Source of the DNA: Antedon mediterranea
Taxonomy: Eukaryota; Animalia; Echinodermata
DNA: 64,000 nt
NCBI RefSeq assembly: GCF_964355755.1
Contig: NC_092675.1
Coordinates: 19,006,912 to 19,070,911 of the forward strand
Reading direction: 5' to 3'
Positions 26,908-41,240 of this stretch are shown piece by piece. The notes beneath the pieces were generated by a model. It was given only the letters and a program-made list of their open reading frames with translations. It was not told the origin of the DNA and searched no databases. Position numbers and translations under genes: made by a program. Each line of letters starts with the position of its first letter. Positions within the stretch are counted from its first letter, which is position 1.

Positions 26908-28449
26908 ATATGTATATATATATATAATTTCTTGGAAATCACAAAGTGTTCTAATGTCTTATGTCTCCTAAAGAGATTTAAAGAGTCGAGTTGATTCAAT
27001 ATTGGAATATTGAACAACTTTTTAATTGCAGTGGTGAAAAACAATTGTCAAATGAATATAAATACTACAGAAATACATACAAACTACGCAAAATGCATAA
27101 TGCAACGCAAGCAATGGATTATTCGAACTATCTCTTGTTATTGGTCAACTACTTGTATTGCGTTGCATTCCATTACCTAAGGCTAACTAGATTGTCACTT
27201 CGGTTACCCACGCAAAAACAACGTGCACAAAGTACAGGTAGACACAATTCAGCACTGTAAACATATTTACTTCCGATTATGGGATGGTACAACGAATTAC
27301 TGTGCACGTTGTTGTTTTTGTGCGCGTGGAAAACCTAACTACTGTTAAGTGACAAGTTCAAATCTAGTTTTATATGATTTTCTCTTCAATTTTGAAAATT
27401 GTGATACCATAATTGATTCTGGACTTGAAAGTAGTGCAGAGAATCGCTGTAGCCTAGATGTTTTGTATTGTAATCAGAAGATATTAAAAAAAAGTAATTC
27501 AAAATAATTTGATTAGGCCTAAACATCTTAATCTTATATTATAATAATACAATATCCTAAAAGAAATCCCAAGAGTGGAGGTGATTCAATATTGAATGAC
27601 TTATTTATTGCAGTGGCGCCATATATTTACAATTTTGTTTATCCAGAATACTGAAATTAATCGTAATCATCATAGATTATTTCAAATTACTTGGAAATAT
27701 TTCAGGATAAACCAGCTGGTTAGGACACAATGGAGACACCCACAATGAACAGCTTTAAGCCTAAAAGAACAATGAAGAAAAAAGAACAATGAAGAAAAAA
27801 GAACAATATTAAACCTCTTTATCCAATATTTTAACCGGTGAGCCTTTTAAAGGTGAGAAAAAGAAATTACACAGAAATTAAAGATTATCAATGTCATTGC
27901 CATTTTTCATTTAAAAATGAAAAAAGAGGTAATGCGTATGAACGCACGATTCAATTGCAATATTTAAGACTTGCAAATAAAAATAACATTAGGCTATAAC
28001 TGGACACTTCACGCATTATGAATTGTTGCAGTTATTGAATCATATTTTGAAAATCAGGTCCTTCTCAATAAAACGAAAATAAATTTAAAAACTGAAATAC
28101 AAATAGCAAACCAAAGTTTTAGAAGGTAATCTGTATTTTAAATATTTTATTTTGTATTTTAAACTTAAAACACAATTTATAAAAAAAAAGGCGTCTAAAA
28201 AACCCAAAAGAGCATGCATATCTTAATGTTTAATTTAGTTCATGGATGCATTATTATGTAAATCAGACATTACTATCACCATTTTGATTGGTGCTCACTG
28301 TATTGATATAGTTGGATAATGGAATATCTACTGTATCTGTACCACACGTTTACGTACGTCGAGTATTTGAAGGCGAATTGTAGATTTTATTGGCACAATA
28401 ACCGTTTCATTCGTCATTCGTTATCAATACATAATTCTATAACGTCGCA

Positions 28450-31400
28450 ATGCTAACTTCAACTTTAATCATTGTCATTATTCTGCCCTTTGTCATCAGT
28501 GATGATTCGATCAATACATATGATTATACGGTTATCCTAGAGGGGCATGCTCTTGAAGGTTGGAGTTACGAGTTGAAGAATATACACAAACTAAATTGTT
28601 TGCTGGAATGTTCCAAGAAATCTGATTGTTTGTCGGTCAACTATAACCAGAAAGATCGTGTTTGTCAAATCAGCTGTAAACGGAAACGGGAAGAATCAAT
28701 TGAAAACAACATAATTCAAACGCCTGCATTTTGTTACATTGAAAAGGTAAGTGATATACGTATATCATAACTGATTTAGTGTATTAATCAAATCCAGTAA
28801 TATGATTTAACAAAACAAAAAACAAAAATTGTTTTATTAGACAAAAAAGTTTGTAAATCTGGAGCCAGTTTGGACTTTGCGTCTAATTTGTTACGATTTT
28901 GTTTGAAAGATCTAATGAAATTATACAATTTAATATTACAAATTAACGGTATTTTCCTTCAGGTTCTGGGCACCGATTTCGAAAGGCGTAAGTATACAAA
29001 TTCTATATATTCATTAAATTAAACTCATTTTGTAGTATATCATATTCACATCAAAAGTTTGCACATTAATGAATTACATTACTTTTCCAATTTGAAATTG
29101 ACTTTCCTCTATTAGATATATACTAGCTCTTTTCTCTTTGGGTGTTAAAATAAAGCTTATTTAAAAACAAAGTTTAGTGGTTTCATGTGCGTGGATGAAA
29201 CCAAAGAATATATATTTTTTCTTTGCTGAGTTATATATGAGGTAGAGTTCCATTGGATATAGAAGACACAGGGTGTTAACCAATCACACAAGCATTTATT
29301 GTGTGCATAGGTTGTAACTCAGATATGATTCAGATCGTCCACATTGAAAACTAAAAAATGAATAGAAAAATTACTTTAATCTATTGACAAAATAGGCAAA
29401 AACAATGAATAAACTATCCTGATATGCCTAACATATACCAGTGTGCTCTTTAAAAAAAAATAAATACATCAACATTTTTTTAATTTTAGAGATAGAGAGG
29501 GACTGTAGTGAAATTTTACAATATAATCCTTCTGCTGAGAGTGGTGAATATGCGATACAGACTAATAATGGAGAACCACAGTTTACTGTGTACTGTGAGA
29601 TAAGGAGTGATGCAGGATGGACAGTAAGTATACAGTAGGCAACAATTTATTCAAAGATATTATAAGTAAATCCAACATCATTGCCACAGTTTACTAATTC
29701 ATTACTAAAACAGTGCCAGAAACAGAAGACACTGGTATGGGTTTGGAAGCCTTAACACAGCTTTGGAAACGTTCAGGTTGACAATGATGTTGAAGTGTTG
29801 CCAGAAAGACCAATCAGTATATACTAATGTTCTAAAACTTGCATACTAAGAACCAAGAAGCAAATTAATGTAAAATGGTATTTTAGTCAAATTTTAATAT
29901 CCATTGACATACCTTAATCAGAACATTAGGCCTACTGGTCAGGTTCTCATTTCATTCATTTCTATTTACTCCAGTTGATGGCTTGCCATCACTGTTTCAG
30001 TAGAGTATAGATAACTATATTTTCATTGTCAGGTGATACAGAGAAGACAAGATGGATCAGTTAATTTCTACCGTAATTGGACAGAATACAAAGAGGGTTT
30101 TGGAAACGTGAACTCAGAATTCTGGCTTGGTAATGAACAGATCTACCGCATAACTTCTAACGGCAGTTTTGAGCTATTAGTAGAGATGACGGACCACTTG
30201 GATGTAACAAAGTTTGCAAAATATTCTCACTTCCATATTGGTACTGAGGAGTCTAACTATGTTTTGACAATCAGTGGATACACAGGAACTGCGGGTTAGT
30301 ATATTCAATCAATTTTTATCTGAAGAAAGTAAACAAAGAATTAACATTGATACTTTAGCACTCCTACACCCTTTGTCACTTTTAGTAAAAATTAGTCTAT
30401 GGACTTCACATACTGTATGTTTTTATTTTATTTATCACATTTAAAGTGTATAATAAAATTAATTTTTAAAATTACAACTGCTTAAATAGATGATAAGGGC
30501 ATTGGCTGGGACAGAACATAAAACATGTACTGTACCCAAGGTTCCTTAATTTTAGGGTACTATAGCATTTGTAGCAAATGAAATTGGAAAGAAATGGAAT
30601 CTTACCACAAATAAAATAGATAAATATAAATGAGGAACACATGGTAAAATGTAATGTATTATTAATCAAGTCTATTTGCAAATATTGTACAAAATATCAA
30701 GTAAAAAGATAGAAATCAAATTTCACCAAGGTATTTGGAACTTATTTAGGTTAGAAATAAAAGAAACTGATTTCAAATAAATACTGTAAATGGAAATATT
30801 TTCGCATACAGAATGATTCCCTATTAACTACTTTCATTTCGTTTTCGTGTGTTGATATTTTCACAAATTCCATTTTAGTCTAGGCCTAATGTACCTTAAA
30901 TTATTTTATTTTTGTATCGCAAAGGTCAAGTATAAACGTGTCAACAAACGAGCTACCATATAATAACATCCTGTTTTGTAGCTGTCTAGTCTACATTCCG
31001 TATTTACAGTACTCCAGTAGTAAATTAAATGTTTCTATATTTGTTTAATCCTTTTTAGAATCGCAAATCTTCTAATAAACTAACTGCTAAACTTACATGC
31101 AATATCGATCGCTGCAGTACTGACACAATAAGAATCTGTAGCTGTTTTCGGTTTACATAGTTCACAAAATTTGCGAAAATTAAACCATTGCAAAATAATG
31201 GCATATATACTGTACAGAGTGTATTATGCAACATACTAAATCTGAAAGAAGTTGGACAAACGTTAAAAAAAGGCTTCTAAAAGCATCTGAAAAATATTCC
31301 TTCTTACATGCCTGAAAAAATTCTAACTATAATAAAATGTTCAAATGCACTCACAGTACAACAACTTATCTTATCAATAGATCATGTTAAAATTATTATA

Positions 31401-33567
31401 CTGCATATACTGCAGTAACTACATTTACTGATTTTAGTTTGTTTTAATGTAGTAGGCATTTATGAGGCAGTCAATGCAACAGTATGTGTATGATTAATGT
31501 AGTAGGCATTTATGAGGCAGTCAATGCAACAGTATGTGAATGATTAATGTAGTAGGCATTTATGAGGCAGTCAATGCAACAGTATGTGTATGATTAATGT
31601 AGTAGACATTTATGAGGCAGTCAATGCAACAGTATGTGTATGATTAATGTAGTAGGCATTTATGAGGCAGTCAATGCAACAGTATGTGTATGATTAATGT
31701 AGTAGGCATTTATGAGGCAGTCAATGCAACAGTATGTGTATGATTAATGTAGTAGACATTTATGAGGCAGTCAATGCAACAGTATGTGTATGATTAATGT
31801 AGTAGACATTTATGAGGCAGTCAATGCAACAGTATGTGTATGATTAATGTAGTAGGCATTTATGAGGCAGTCAATGCAACAGTATGTGTATGATTAATGT
31901 AGTAGACATTTATGAGGCAGTCAATGCAACAGTATGTGTATGATTAATGTAGTAGGCATTTATGAGGCAGTCAATGCAACAGTATGTGTATGATTAATGT
32001 AGTAGACATTTATGAGGCAGTCAATGCAACAGTATGTGTATGATTAATGTAGTAGGCATTTATGAGGCAGTCAATGCAACAGTATGTGTATGATTAATGT
32101 AGTAGACATTTATGAGGCAGTCAATGCAACAGTATGTGTATGATTAATGTAGTAGGCATTTATGAGGCAGTCAATGCAACAGTATGTGTATGATTAATGT
32201 AGTAGACATTTATGAGGCAGTCAATGCAACAGTATGTGTATGATTAATGTAGTAGGCATTTATGAGGCAGTCAATGCAACAGTATGTGTATGATTAATGT
32301 AGTAGGCATTTATGAGGCAGTCAATGCAACAGTATGTGTATGATTAATGTAGTAGGCATTTATGAGGCAGTCAATGCAACAGTATGTGTATGATTAATGT
32401 AGTAGGCATTTATGAGGCAGTCAATGCAACAGTATGTGAATGATTAATGTAGTAGGCATTTATGAGGCAGTCAATGCAACAGTATGTGAATGATTAATGT
32501 AGTAGGCATTTATGAGGCAGTCAATGCAACAGTATGTGTATGATTAATGTAGTAGGCATTTATGAGGCAGTCAATGCAACAGTATGTGTATGATTAATAT
32601 CCAAACAAGCTTGATAAATAATTGCAGGAAAAAGAGTGAAAAAAATATAATTACAGTAGTAACTACAGAATTATAGAATCCTCTACCGGCCAAAATTTTT
32701 TTTTTTGTAAAATCAGACAAAACACCTTACAATAACATATAGTCTACTCGCACATTACAGTTATTTTGTATTTGCATTCATCACCTGTTCTAATTCAATA
32801 GGATTATTCAGTGGTCCCTAAACAGGAGCCAGAGATAACAACTAGGGACCCTCTAGACTGCAAGGTTGATATATCTGGTGCACTTAATAAAGTTAAACAA
32901 ATTGAAATCTAAAATAAAAATCATAGTGTGTGTATACTCTAGTACAGTTTCATATAACTTGGGTTTTCTTCATAATTGAAATGCATTGCTTTTAAAGTAT
33001 AATAACTCTGACAAAACAAAATATATAAAATAAAGGATATATGATATATAAGAATAGTTCATAACTAAAACTTAAAAACAAATTAATACTATTTATAAAT
33101 TGTGTTTATGATTTAATCTATGGCACACAATTTGACAACAAAAATTAAATCTATTAATAAATTACAAATTGTAGGGTATATTTATTATTATTATTTTCCC
33201 TTTTATATCAAATATCTTTCTTTATTTGTAATACAAAGAAAAACAAATATTTAAAAATGAATTTTAATTTAAAGATATATGAAGTAAACTAAAGATGATC
33301 TACTATCTTGTTTGTGTAGGTGATTCTTTGGCATCCCACAATGGTAAACAATTTACAACGTATGATAGAGACAATGATAAGAGTAGTCGTAACTGTGCTG
33401 AGACATTCAAAGGTGGTTGGTGGTACGAAAACTGTCATTATTCAAACCTGAATGGGCTTTACCTTATACCAGGTACAGCTAATTACACTGGCATCAACTG
33501 GAGGTATTTCCATAATAATAAAAACAGTCTCAAGAAGACAGTGATGATGGTTAAAAGAGTGCCATAA
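28450..33567 (+). CDS. Secreted PAN/Apple + fibrinogen C-terminal domain (FReD) protein, 321 aa, type B (ficolin/tachylectin-like)
   Basis: Exons 28450-28746, 28963-28987, 29490-29623, 30033-30294 and 33320-33567 total 966 nt, with consistent phases and all GT-AG. Signal peptide, PAN pattern CLLEC....CLSVNY....CQI, and a complete FReD ([55 protein letters not shown]). Confidence 0.93.
31444..32598. repeat. 50-bp minisatellite, 23 copies, in intron 4 of the type-B FReD gene
   Basis: Unit tgattaatgtagtag(g/a)catttatgaggcagtcaatgcaacagtatgtg(t/a)a with an exact 50-bp period. Confidence 0.98.
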
Positions 33568-36500
33568 GAGAGTTGTCATGATTCAGACCTGAAAAGGCTT
33601 CATCTCACACTGCTGATTACAATGGCATCAACTGGGATCGCTATTTTTTATCAAAGACAACAGTGATGCTGGTTATAAGACCACCATAACAAATCAGAAT
33701 CTGTAGTTATTTAATAATTTAGATTCCTTTTTGTTTCTTTTAAATATCATTTTGCCTTATCATTAAATTTTATTATAATAATCTCATATGTTATAACATT
33801 AATAATCAAATATATTGTCATATCAACTGTGATTTGTATTAAATTTATATATGGAATTTTTTATTTTGAATTTTAAATTATATAATTGTAACAATGAATG
33901 TTTTATTATTCATCTTTTTTAAATATTATACCAAATAATATATTCAAGTCATTCTGTAAAAAAATATTATTTTATTATTTAAAACTATGCTACAATACAT
34001 AATAGTAACATTATTATTATCATGTTTTTATATAATAATAACAAATTGATATCTAATCATAAATCAGTATTTCCTATATTTTCATTAATTAATAATTAGT
34101 AGTGTTATAATCTAATATTTGCTGAAGTTCTTAAATGAATCTTGTTTTGAAATGATTAAAAATGAAATAAAAACTTACATTGAATGTAGGCCTACATAAA
34201 TGTTGATGTATTTTCCAAGGCAAAGGCGAACGTATATAAACATTAAAAAGCAAATAAACTACTACAAAATTTAAGATCTAAATCTTTGAATGTATTAGCG
34301 TAAAAAATCACTTTCAACTTCGCTACACATTCAAACCTAACTGGGCTTGACCTTTTAACACCTAGATGTTCTGATAATAGAAATAAGGATATAGTCCTCT
34401 TTTGTTTAGCCTTTTAGCTATTATACATTTGGCCTTATCATTAAATAATTATTTTATTATAATAAAAGCTAGTTATGTAATCCAAATTGTATAACAAAAT
34501 ATATTGTCATATCAACTTTGATTTGTTTAAAATTTTATATATGGAATTTTTAATTTTGTATTTTGAATTATATAATAGTAACAATGACTGTTTTATTATT
34601 AATCATTTTTAAATATTATAACTAATAATATATTCAAGTCATTCAGTAAAAAAATATTTTTTTTTATTTAAAACTATGCTACAATACATAATAGTAACAT
34701 TATCATTATTGCTTTTTAATTAATAAAATCAAATTGATACCTAATCATAAATCAGTATTTCCTATATTTTATGATATATTCTAATTAATTATATTCTAGT
34801 AGTTTTAGGAGTATTTTCAATGCTGAAGTTTTTAAATTGAATCTTGTTTTGAATTGATTAAAAATTAAATAAAAACTTACAATTAATGTAGGCCTACATG
34901 TTATATATCTTATTATATTGGTTTTGATCTAAGAAATTAGTGACATTAGCAAACACAAGTTGAATGCTTATTTATTTTCCAAGGTAAAGGTGAAAGTATT
35001 AAACATTAAAAAGCAAATAAACTACTACAAAATTTAGGAAAAACTCCAACTTTTAATGTAAAAAATCACTTAGTCAGCAAAAACAAAACTTTGATCAATT
35101 GTTTTTGTATGAATTTTAATTTATGAATCTGCTTGATACTTTGATGTTTGTATGTTAGTTATACACATTGTTGTTACTGCACATATATGGGGTATCAAAA
35201 TGACCGTAATGGTACCGGAAGGTTCTAAACTGTATTTGAGCATCATCCGCCATCTGGAATACAAGTTATGGGTCAAAATTCCCAATCTTTTTCCCACTTT
35301 TTATGTCTGTTCGTTATACAAATTTTTGTTTCTGCACGTAACCATAAATGTGGGGTATCAAAATGACTGCAATTGTACTGTGAAGGTTTTAAACTACATT
35401 TAAAAAATTCCTCAAGTCAGGAGGGGTAGGGGGGAGTTAAAGGAAATGGTGATTTGCTTGGGCTAAGAGTAGTAGGCTATCATTTTGAATTGAATTTTAA
35501 GTATTTCTGGAAAGGGGTTGGGAGTTTGAGGTGGGTGGTTTTTTTTAAAATCATCCGAGTATGGGATATGATTGAAGAGGGGTGGAGGTTGGCGAGTACA
35601 GGGAGATACTGGCGTCCGGGGGTTATGAGACGTATCGAATTAGTCAGAATTGTACTAAGGCAGGTGTAATAAAAGTGCATACCAATTGAAAAGTAGTATA
35701 TAAGTTATTGATTTACCATTCACACCAATTATGTATCTTGAAAAATTGTGATACACCATTATGATTCTTGACTTGAAAGCAGTGTTACATATTGTTGCTT
35801 GAGAGATGTCCAGCTACATTTTGCAGTGATTTCATTCAGTGTACTTCTGTCATAGTTACGTACAATTTTTGATGTTTTGCAGAATTATACTAGCTGTTTA
35901 AATAACTGTTGTTCTGTATTAATAAACAGTCTTCTAAAAGAGTTTAAAAAATGTAATTCGGTATGGAACAATAATTATTTAATTTCAATCAATCAATCAT
36001 AAACATTTTTATTCCAAAATAAAACAAAAACATATACAAATACAATACAATGATGGAATGGAATGGGATACAAAATAAGCAATTTGTTGAACAATATCAT
36101 CACCATATAATATAATAAAAGAAAATATTGGAATATTGAATTATTTTTTTTAGTGCTGCCACATTGTCACAAGGAAATGGAATAAACTATGCTTGGACAA
36201 AAACTAGAGACAAATCAATTATGACCTCTGTACACTTCAAATGACATAAGTTACTTCACAAAAAGGGTTTTCCATGGCCGTACAATTGTCAAAAGAAATT
36301 AGCATTTGAAACAAAAAAATATTAGTATATCAGTTATATTATTATATAGTAAGTTGAAAAAAATTATTATAACTTACTTGGAAATATTTCAGGATAAACC
36401 AGCTGGTTAGGACACAATGGAAGACACCCACAATGAACAGCTTCAAGCCTAAAAGAACAATATTAAATTTAATTTCTATTTTTAATATTTTTACCGGTCA

Positions 36501-37673
36501 GCAATTTTAAAATTGAGAATGTAAGAAACTCACACATTTGTCTTTACAATACAACAGTCAAATTTACCTAGAAATATGCTATTGCTATTATTAGATTTAA
36601 TTTCTTTATTGGTCACTTATTTTTTTAAAGTATCTGAATCTCAATTGAAATTTTATTACTTTCATAATTGTAAAAATTAATGCACTAAAAAAATAACATT
36701 TATGGCAAATAAACAAATATGTATCAATAGAAGTTTATCAAGTATAAAACATAACAACATTTATGCATAACTAAAATATAAATAAAGACATAGAAGAGTT
36801 AGGCACATCTTTTCTCATTTAATTACAAATGTATTTATTATGATCAGAAACAGACTGGTTGATTTCATTTCTAAAATCGTACAAAGCTACATCGAAGGCT
36901 GCTGTAAATACGTTATTAACATTTTTTACATAAGCTAATAAATATAACAAACTATATGCATGAGAGTGTTTCTGTGTTATTTAACATTGATATTCATAAC
37001 ACTGAGCCATATGGACAACTGGGGACATAGAAGTAGAAAGAAAAGTAGCTGAGAACTCATTCAAACTTATCATCCTGTCTTGAAAAAGCCAGTTACTAGA
37101 GTGTTTAATCTCATTCACAAACAAATTAGCTAAACAAATTAAAAAATCCCAAATTCTATCTTGAGTGTTTACAAACAGCAAATTACAAAGTGTTTCATCT
37201 CATTCACGAACAAATTAGCTAAACAAATTAACAACAAATCTAAACCAACTTATACATTAATCAAATATTGTTCAGTAAAATGTAATTTGTAACATTCAGA
37301 TTATATAAATAAACCATCTTAGTTGAACAGATTTGGTTAGAAAACATCTGGGTTGTTCTCCAAACAATCTCCATAAAAGAGAGGTGTTCCAACATTGCAT
37401 TGTCAGATAGATTCATCGTTCAACTGAGGTGTGGAAAACATAGAACATAGGTGTAAGTATTACCTTTCTGCTTGTATATTAATTTAGCCTACTGACAACT
37501 TAAATTCTAAAATTAGAGAGATGATTTCAGAATGCGAAAGATACACTTGTAGAATCTTTTGTGTCGCTTTCTAAAGCTTGAGATTGGTTGAAATCAGTAT
37601 TTTCTTGAACAGATATATAAGTTGAAAAAATAACCATAACAAAATGCTCTTGTATGTATGTAGTCGCCTGTCA

Positions 37674-38991
37674 TCTATATATAAATTTACGTAAGGGAAA
37701 AATTCGGTAAATTGCGCCTTACATCTAGAATTTTTACTCGATGGTATATAAAGTTGGTTCGTACTTTCGGTACTGATTTTAACCACCTGATGTAATCCTG
37801 TTTACTAATTAAATTAAGTTAGATAATTAGTTATTGACGATTAAAACGAATTTAGGTTCAACGATTGGTATACACCGTCTAATGGATGTCCATCTTGAAA
37901 AATACCCGCCACAAAAATGCGAGGAGGCTTCGCATTTTCCTATCTCCTCCTGCGATAATTGTTTTTAATAGCTGAAAACCGGTTGAACAGCTAGAGTATC
38001 AGTATCATAATGTTGAAGACAGGCCGATTTTCTTTACAAAATAATATTTTGATAGATTTAATATACGATTATACAAATGTATTGATTTGCGATGAATGGA
38101 ACATCCCAATCTCTCAGTCTGCCAGAGTTTGGTTTAACACAAGTAGGTAAATGTATGAGTCCTTGGTTTAACACATACAGTAGGTAAATATATGGTCCCT
38201 TTGAGAATAAACTTGCAATACTTTGACAATACTGTAAATACCTATTAACTATTTTGGTCCTCATTTGAATCGAACATTTCTTACTGTGAATGTTCGTACT
38301 GTTAGATGTAATATAAAAATATATACAAATAAACTTTATTACTGAGATTGTGGTTAGGCTTCACTGTTAGATATATAAACACATTATTATATACAAATAA
38401 ACTTTATACTAACAGTTCCCTCTCAACGTTTGTATTAATTATTAATTAATAATTACCAATAATATAAACGTCGTAGTGGTGTATCGTGACATGTACTTTA
38501 ATATTTCAATTGATTATGACAGTGACAGTTTTAACAAAGTATTAAATCGCAAATGTTTTACTGTATTTAGAGGTATATTATTTATAGGCCTATAAAACAT
38601 GAACAAAATAATATTTTGTTCATGTGTATTTCATGGATAAAGAATATATTTAAAAATTGTTCCTCTTTGTACCTATCCGCTTTCCCATCCCTCAAACCTA
38701 ATGTTACATACAAAACACAAATTGGGTTTCTTTAAATGAGTCCAAATCAAACATTTGAACTCATTTTGTGATAAGTTTCTCCTTCGGAAGTAATTCCCAG
38801 GGTGCTAATTTTAGTTGACTACATAAATCATCGTGTCTATTTATTCGTTTCTGTAAACGACAATGTATTGTAGTCCTGCGGTACGTATATTTGAAATCGC
38901 CAGTTTTGTTACGCTGAAATTACTTTGTATTCGAGAACCATCTGTGGGCACGACCTAGATGGTACGCGAGCGAAGCGAGCGTACCATCTAG
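37674..38991 (+). mobile_element. Non-autonomous Helitron
   Basis: 5' TC and 3' CTAG, preceded by the hairpin ctagatggtacgcgagcgaagcgagcgtaccatctag. Inserted between A and T without a TSD. The empty site is at 3591-3600 in the paralogue. Confidence 0.9.
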
Positions 38992-40227
38992 TTTAATTAA
39001 TACTCACTTGGGCTCAAATCTCAACTAATTTAAAAGTCTTATCTCACAAATATTAGTTTGATTTTAATTCACTGCTGTTTTTTTAATTCACTGCTGTTAT
39101 TATATATTTTTTTATACTTTTCTATCTATTTAATTGTGATTTTCATCCCATTATTACTAAAAAAAACATTGTCACCAAATTCATTGTCTTTTTTATTTTT
39201 TTGTTTGAAAATACAGACTTGAGAAATCGATTTGCAGACCACAAACATCCGATAAGAATTACGTTGTTTTCATATCGTATTTGGCTATATGGGGGCGGGC
39301 GGTATGTAATATATGGATTTCGAATCAACTAATGATCATTTGGTTTCAAAATTAAAAAGATCGATTACGTACAGTACTACTAATAACAGTATGATCGAGA
39401 CTAAAATAAAAACTATTGAAATATTATAATATCGTTTTGCCAAGTCTGGGTGGGTGGAAATTTATTAAATTATTTCTGCAAAATAATGATCCATTCAATG
39501 TTTGATTTGCGGAGAAGCTAGCCTATCATATCAAGTCGAGTTTCATGTTCTTGGGAAAAATCCCATCAAATGTTTACCAGACTACTAGGCATATAAAATT
39601 ATTTCTAGCCTTCAGAAACTTTCATTATCACATCATCATCGCTTCGCGATAATGTACCAAGGTACACACGTGTGTCTCCACACCAGCTAAACATATCATA
39701 GCGTATGCGCATCATCTTAGTTGTTGAATCTTTGAAATTCTAAAATATGAATATTAAAACTGTGTACAAGTAAGTAGCCAATCGCATGCGGCTGAAACTA
39801 GTCAACCGGATAATCGTATGCACCAAGAATTCTTGGTGTCAAACCACGTGACTTGCACGTGTTTGCCCAGACGGAGTATCCAAACTCAAGTACGTATGAA
39901 ACGCCATATGTGCAAACATATTTATATTTTTACTAATATTAAAGACAAAACTCCGTCTGGAATCCAGACTATAACCAAATATGCCTAACTACTTCTAAAA
40001 ATTATAATTAATAGTGTGCTCAGCATTTAAATTATGGTAAAAAAATAAAGCTTTTGTCTCTCCTTAGTGCTCCACTTTCACGTTTATTGTTATGTTTATA
40101 TTGTCTTTACTGAAAGAAATAAAATAAATAATAAACTAACAAACAAATAAGGATTGCTTTAACATTTGTTGTTTGCTCTTCTGTTGTCAGTTTTATTGTG
40201 AGAGGAAGCTTTAAAGTCTGATTCAGA

Positions 40228-41240
40228 ATGGATTGCAGAATGTTATTAATTGGCTGTATGTTGGCTGTGATGGCTGCTGCCTGTTGCCCGAAAGATGATT
40301 GTGAATGCCCTTCAAGGAGTAAGTAGTAGTATTCTAAACAGCTGTAAAGAGAAATGTGTCATCTATTGAACAATGTTAACCAATTCAGTTTCTAAATTTT
40401 ACATTTATAAATAAAAAATGTTTAAAGCACTACAATAGATTTTTGTAAAATGTATTAAATGATGTATTAAACAATCAGAGAGGAAACAGAAAAGTACAAT
40501 CCCAGAATACCAAACTATAGTATTGTATATAATGCAAGTTACTTTTTATTTTTTAAATATAGTATATAATGCAAATATTTTTTATTTTATATATTTGTAT
40601 TTTTTAAGGGACTGTGGTGAAATGCTGGAAAATGATCCTTCTGCTCCAAGTGGTGATTATTTAATACAGCCAAATGATAGAGAACCTGAGTTTAGGGTCT
40701 ACTGTGACATGAGGAAAGATGGCGGATGGACAGTAAGTAAAAGTGATGATAAATTAAATGCAGAGGTTTTTTTTCTTCCATTATACTTAACTATTAAATT
40801 ACAGTTTTGATAAATTTCACAAGATAAATTTTCCACAATTTACGACCCAAAAAATAAATAATTTGGTTTGTAAATATAATTGGTCACTCATTTTTTTAGT
40901 TTGAACTACAGTATGTGGTACTTAGATTGTTGCCTTTTTATAGTTCAGCTGTTGTGTAAAGTTTCTTTGTAACCCCAGGTGATACAACGAAGAGAGGATG
41001 GTTCGGAAAATTTCTACCTCAATTGGGGAAACTACAGAGAGGGTTTTGGAAAAGTGTACTCAGAGTTCTGGCTTGGCAATGAACAGATACACCGTATAAC
41101 ATCTGATGGTAGTTTTGAGCTCTTAGTAGAGATGACTGACCACTTGGATGAAATGAAGTTTGCAAGATATTCTCACTTTCGTGTTGGTAGTGAGAAGTCC
41201 AACTATCTTATAAGAATCAGTGGATACAATGGAACTGCAG
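40228..41240 (+). pseudogene. FReD gene type A copy 2, 3'-truncated
   Basis: Exons 40228-40318, ~40597-40732 and 40979-41240 are near-identical to copy 1 and in frame internally. The normal exon-2 acceptor (ttag|agaag) is deleted. No terminal FReD exon was found between 41.3 kb and CCDC6. Confidence 0.8.

Noticed and set aside
31444-32598. Possible CRISPR array or hammerhead (retrozyme) array in the 50-bp repeat
   Set aside because: No unique spacers and a eukaryotic intron context. The ttatgag-gca..tgc-aac segment lacks the CUGA and GAAA cores.
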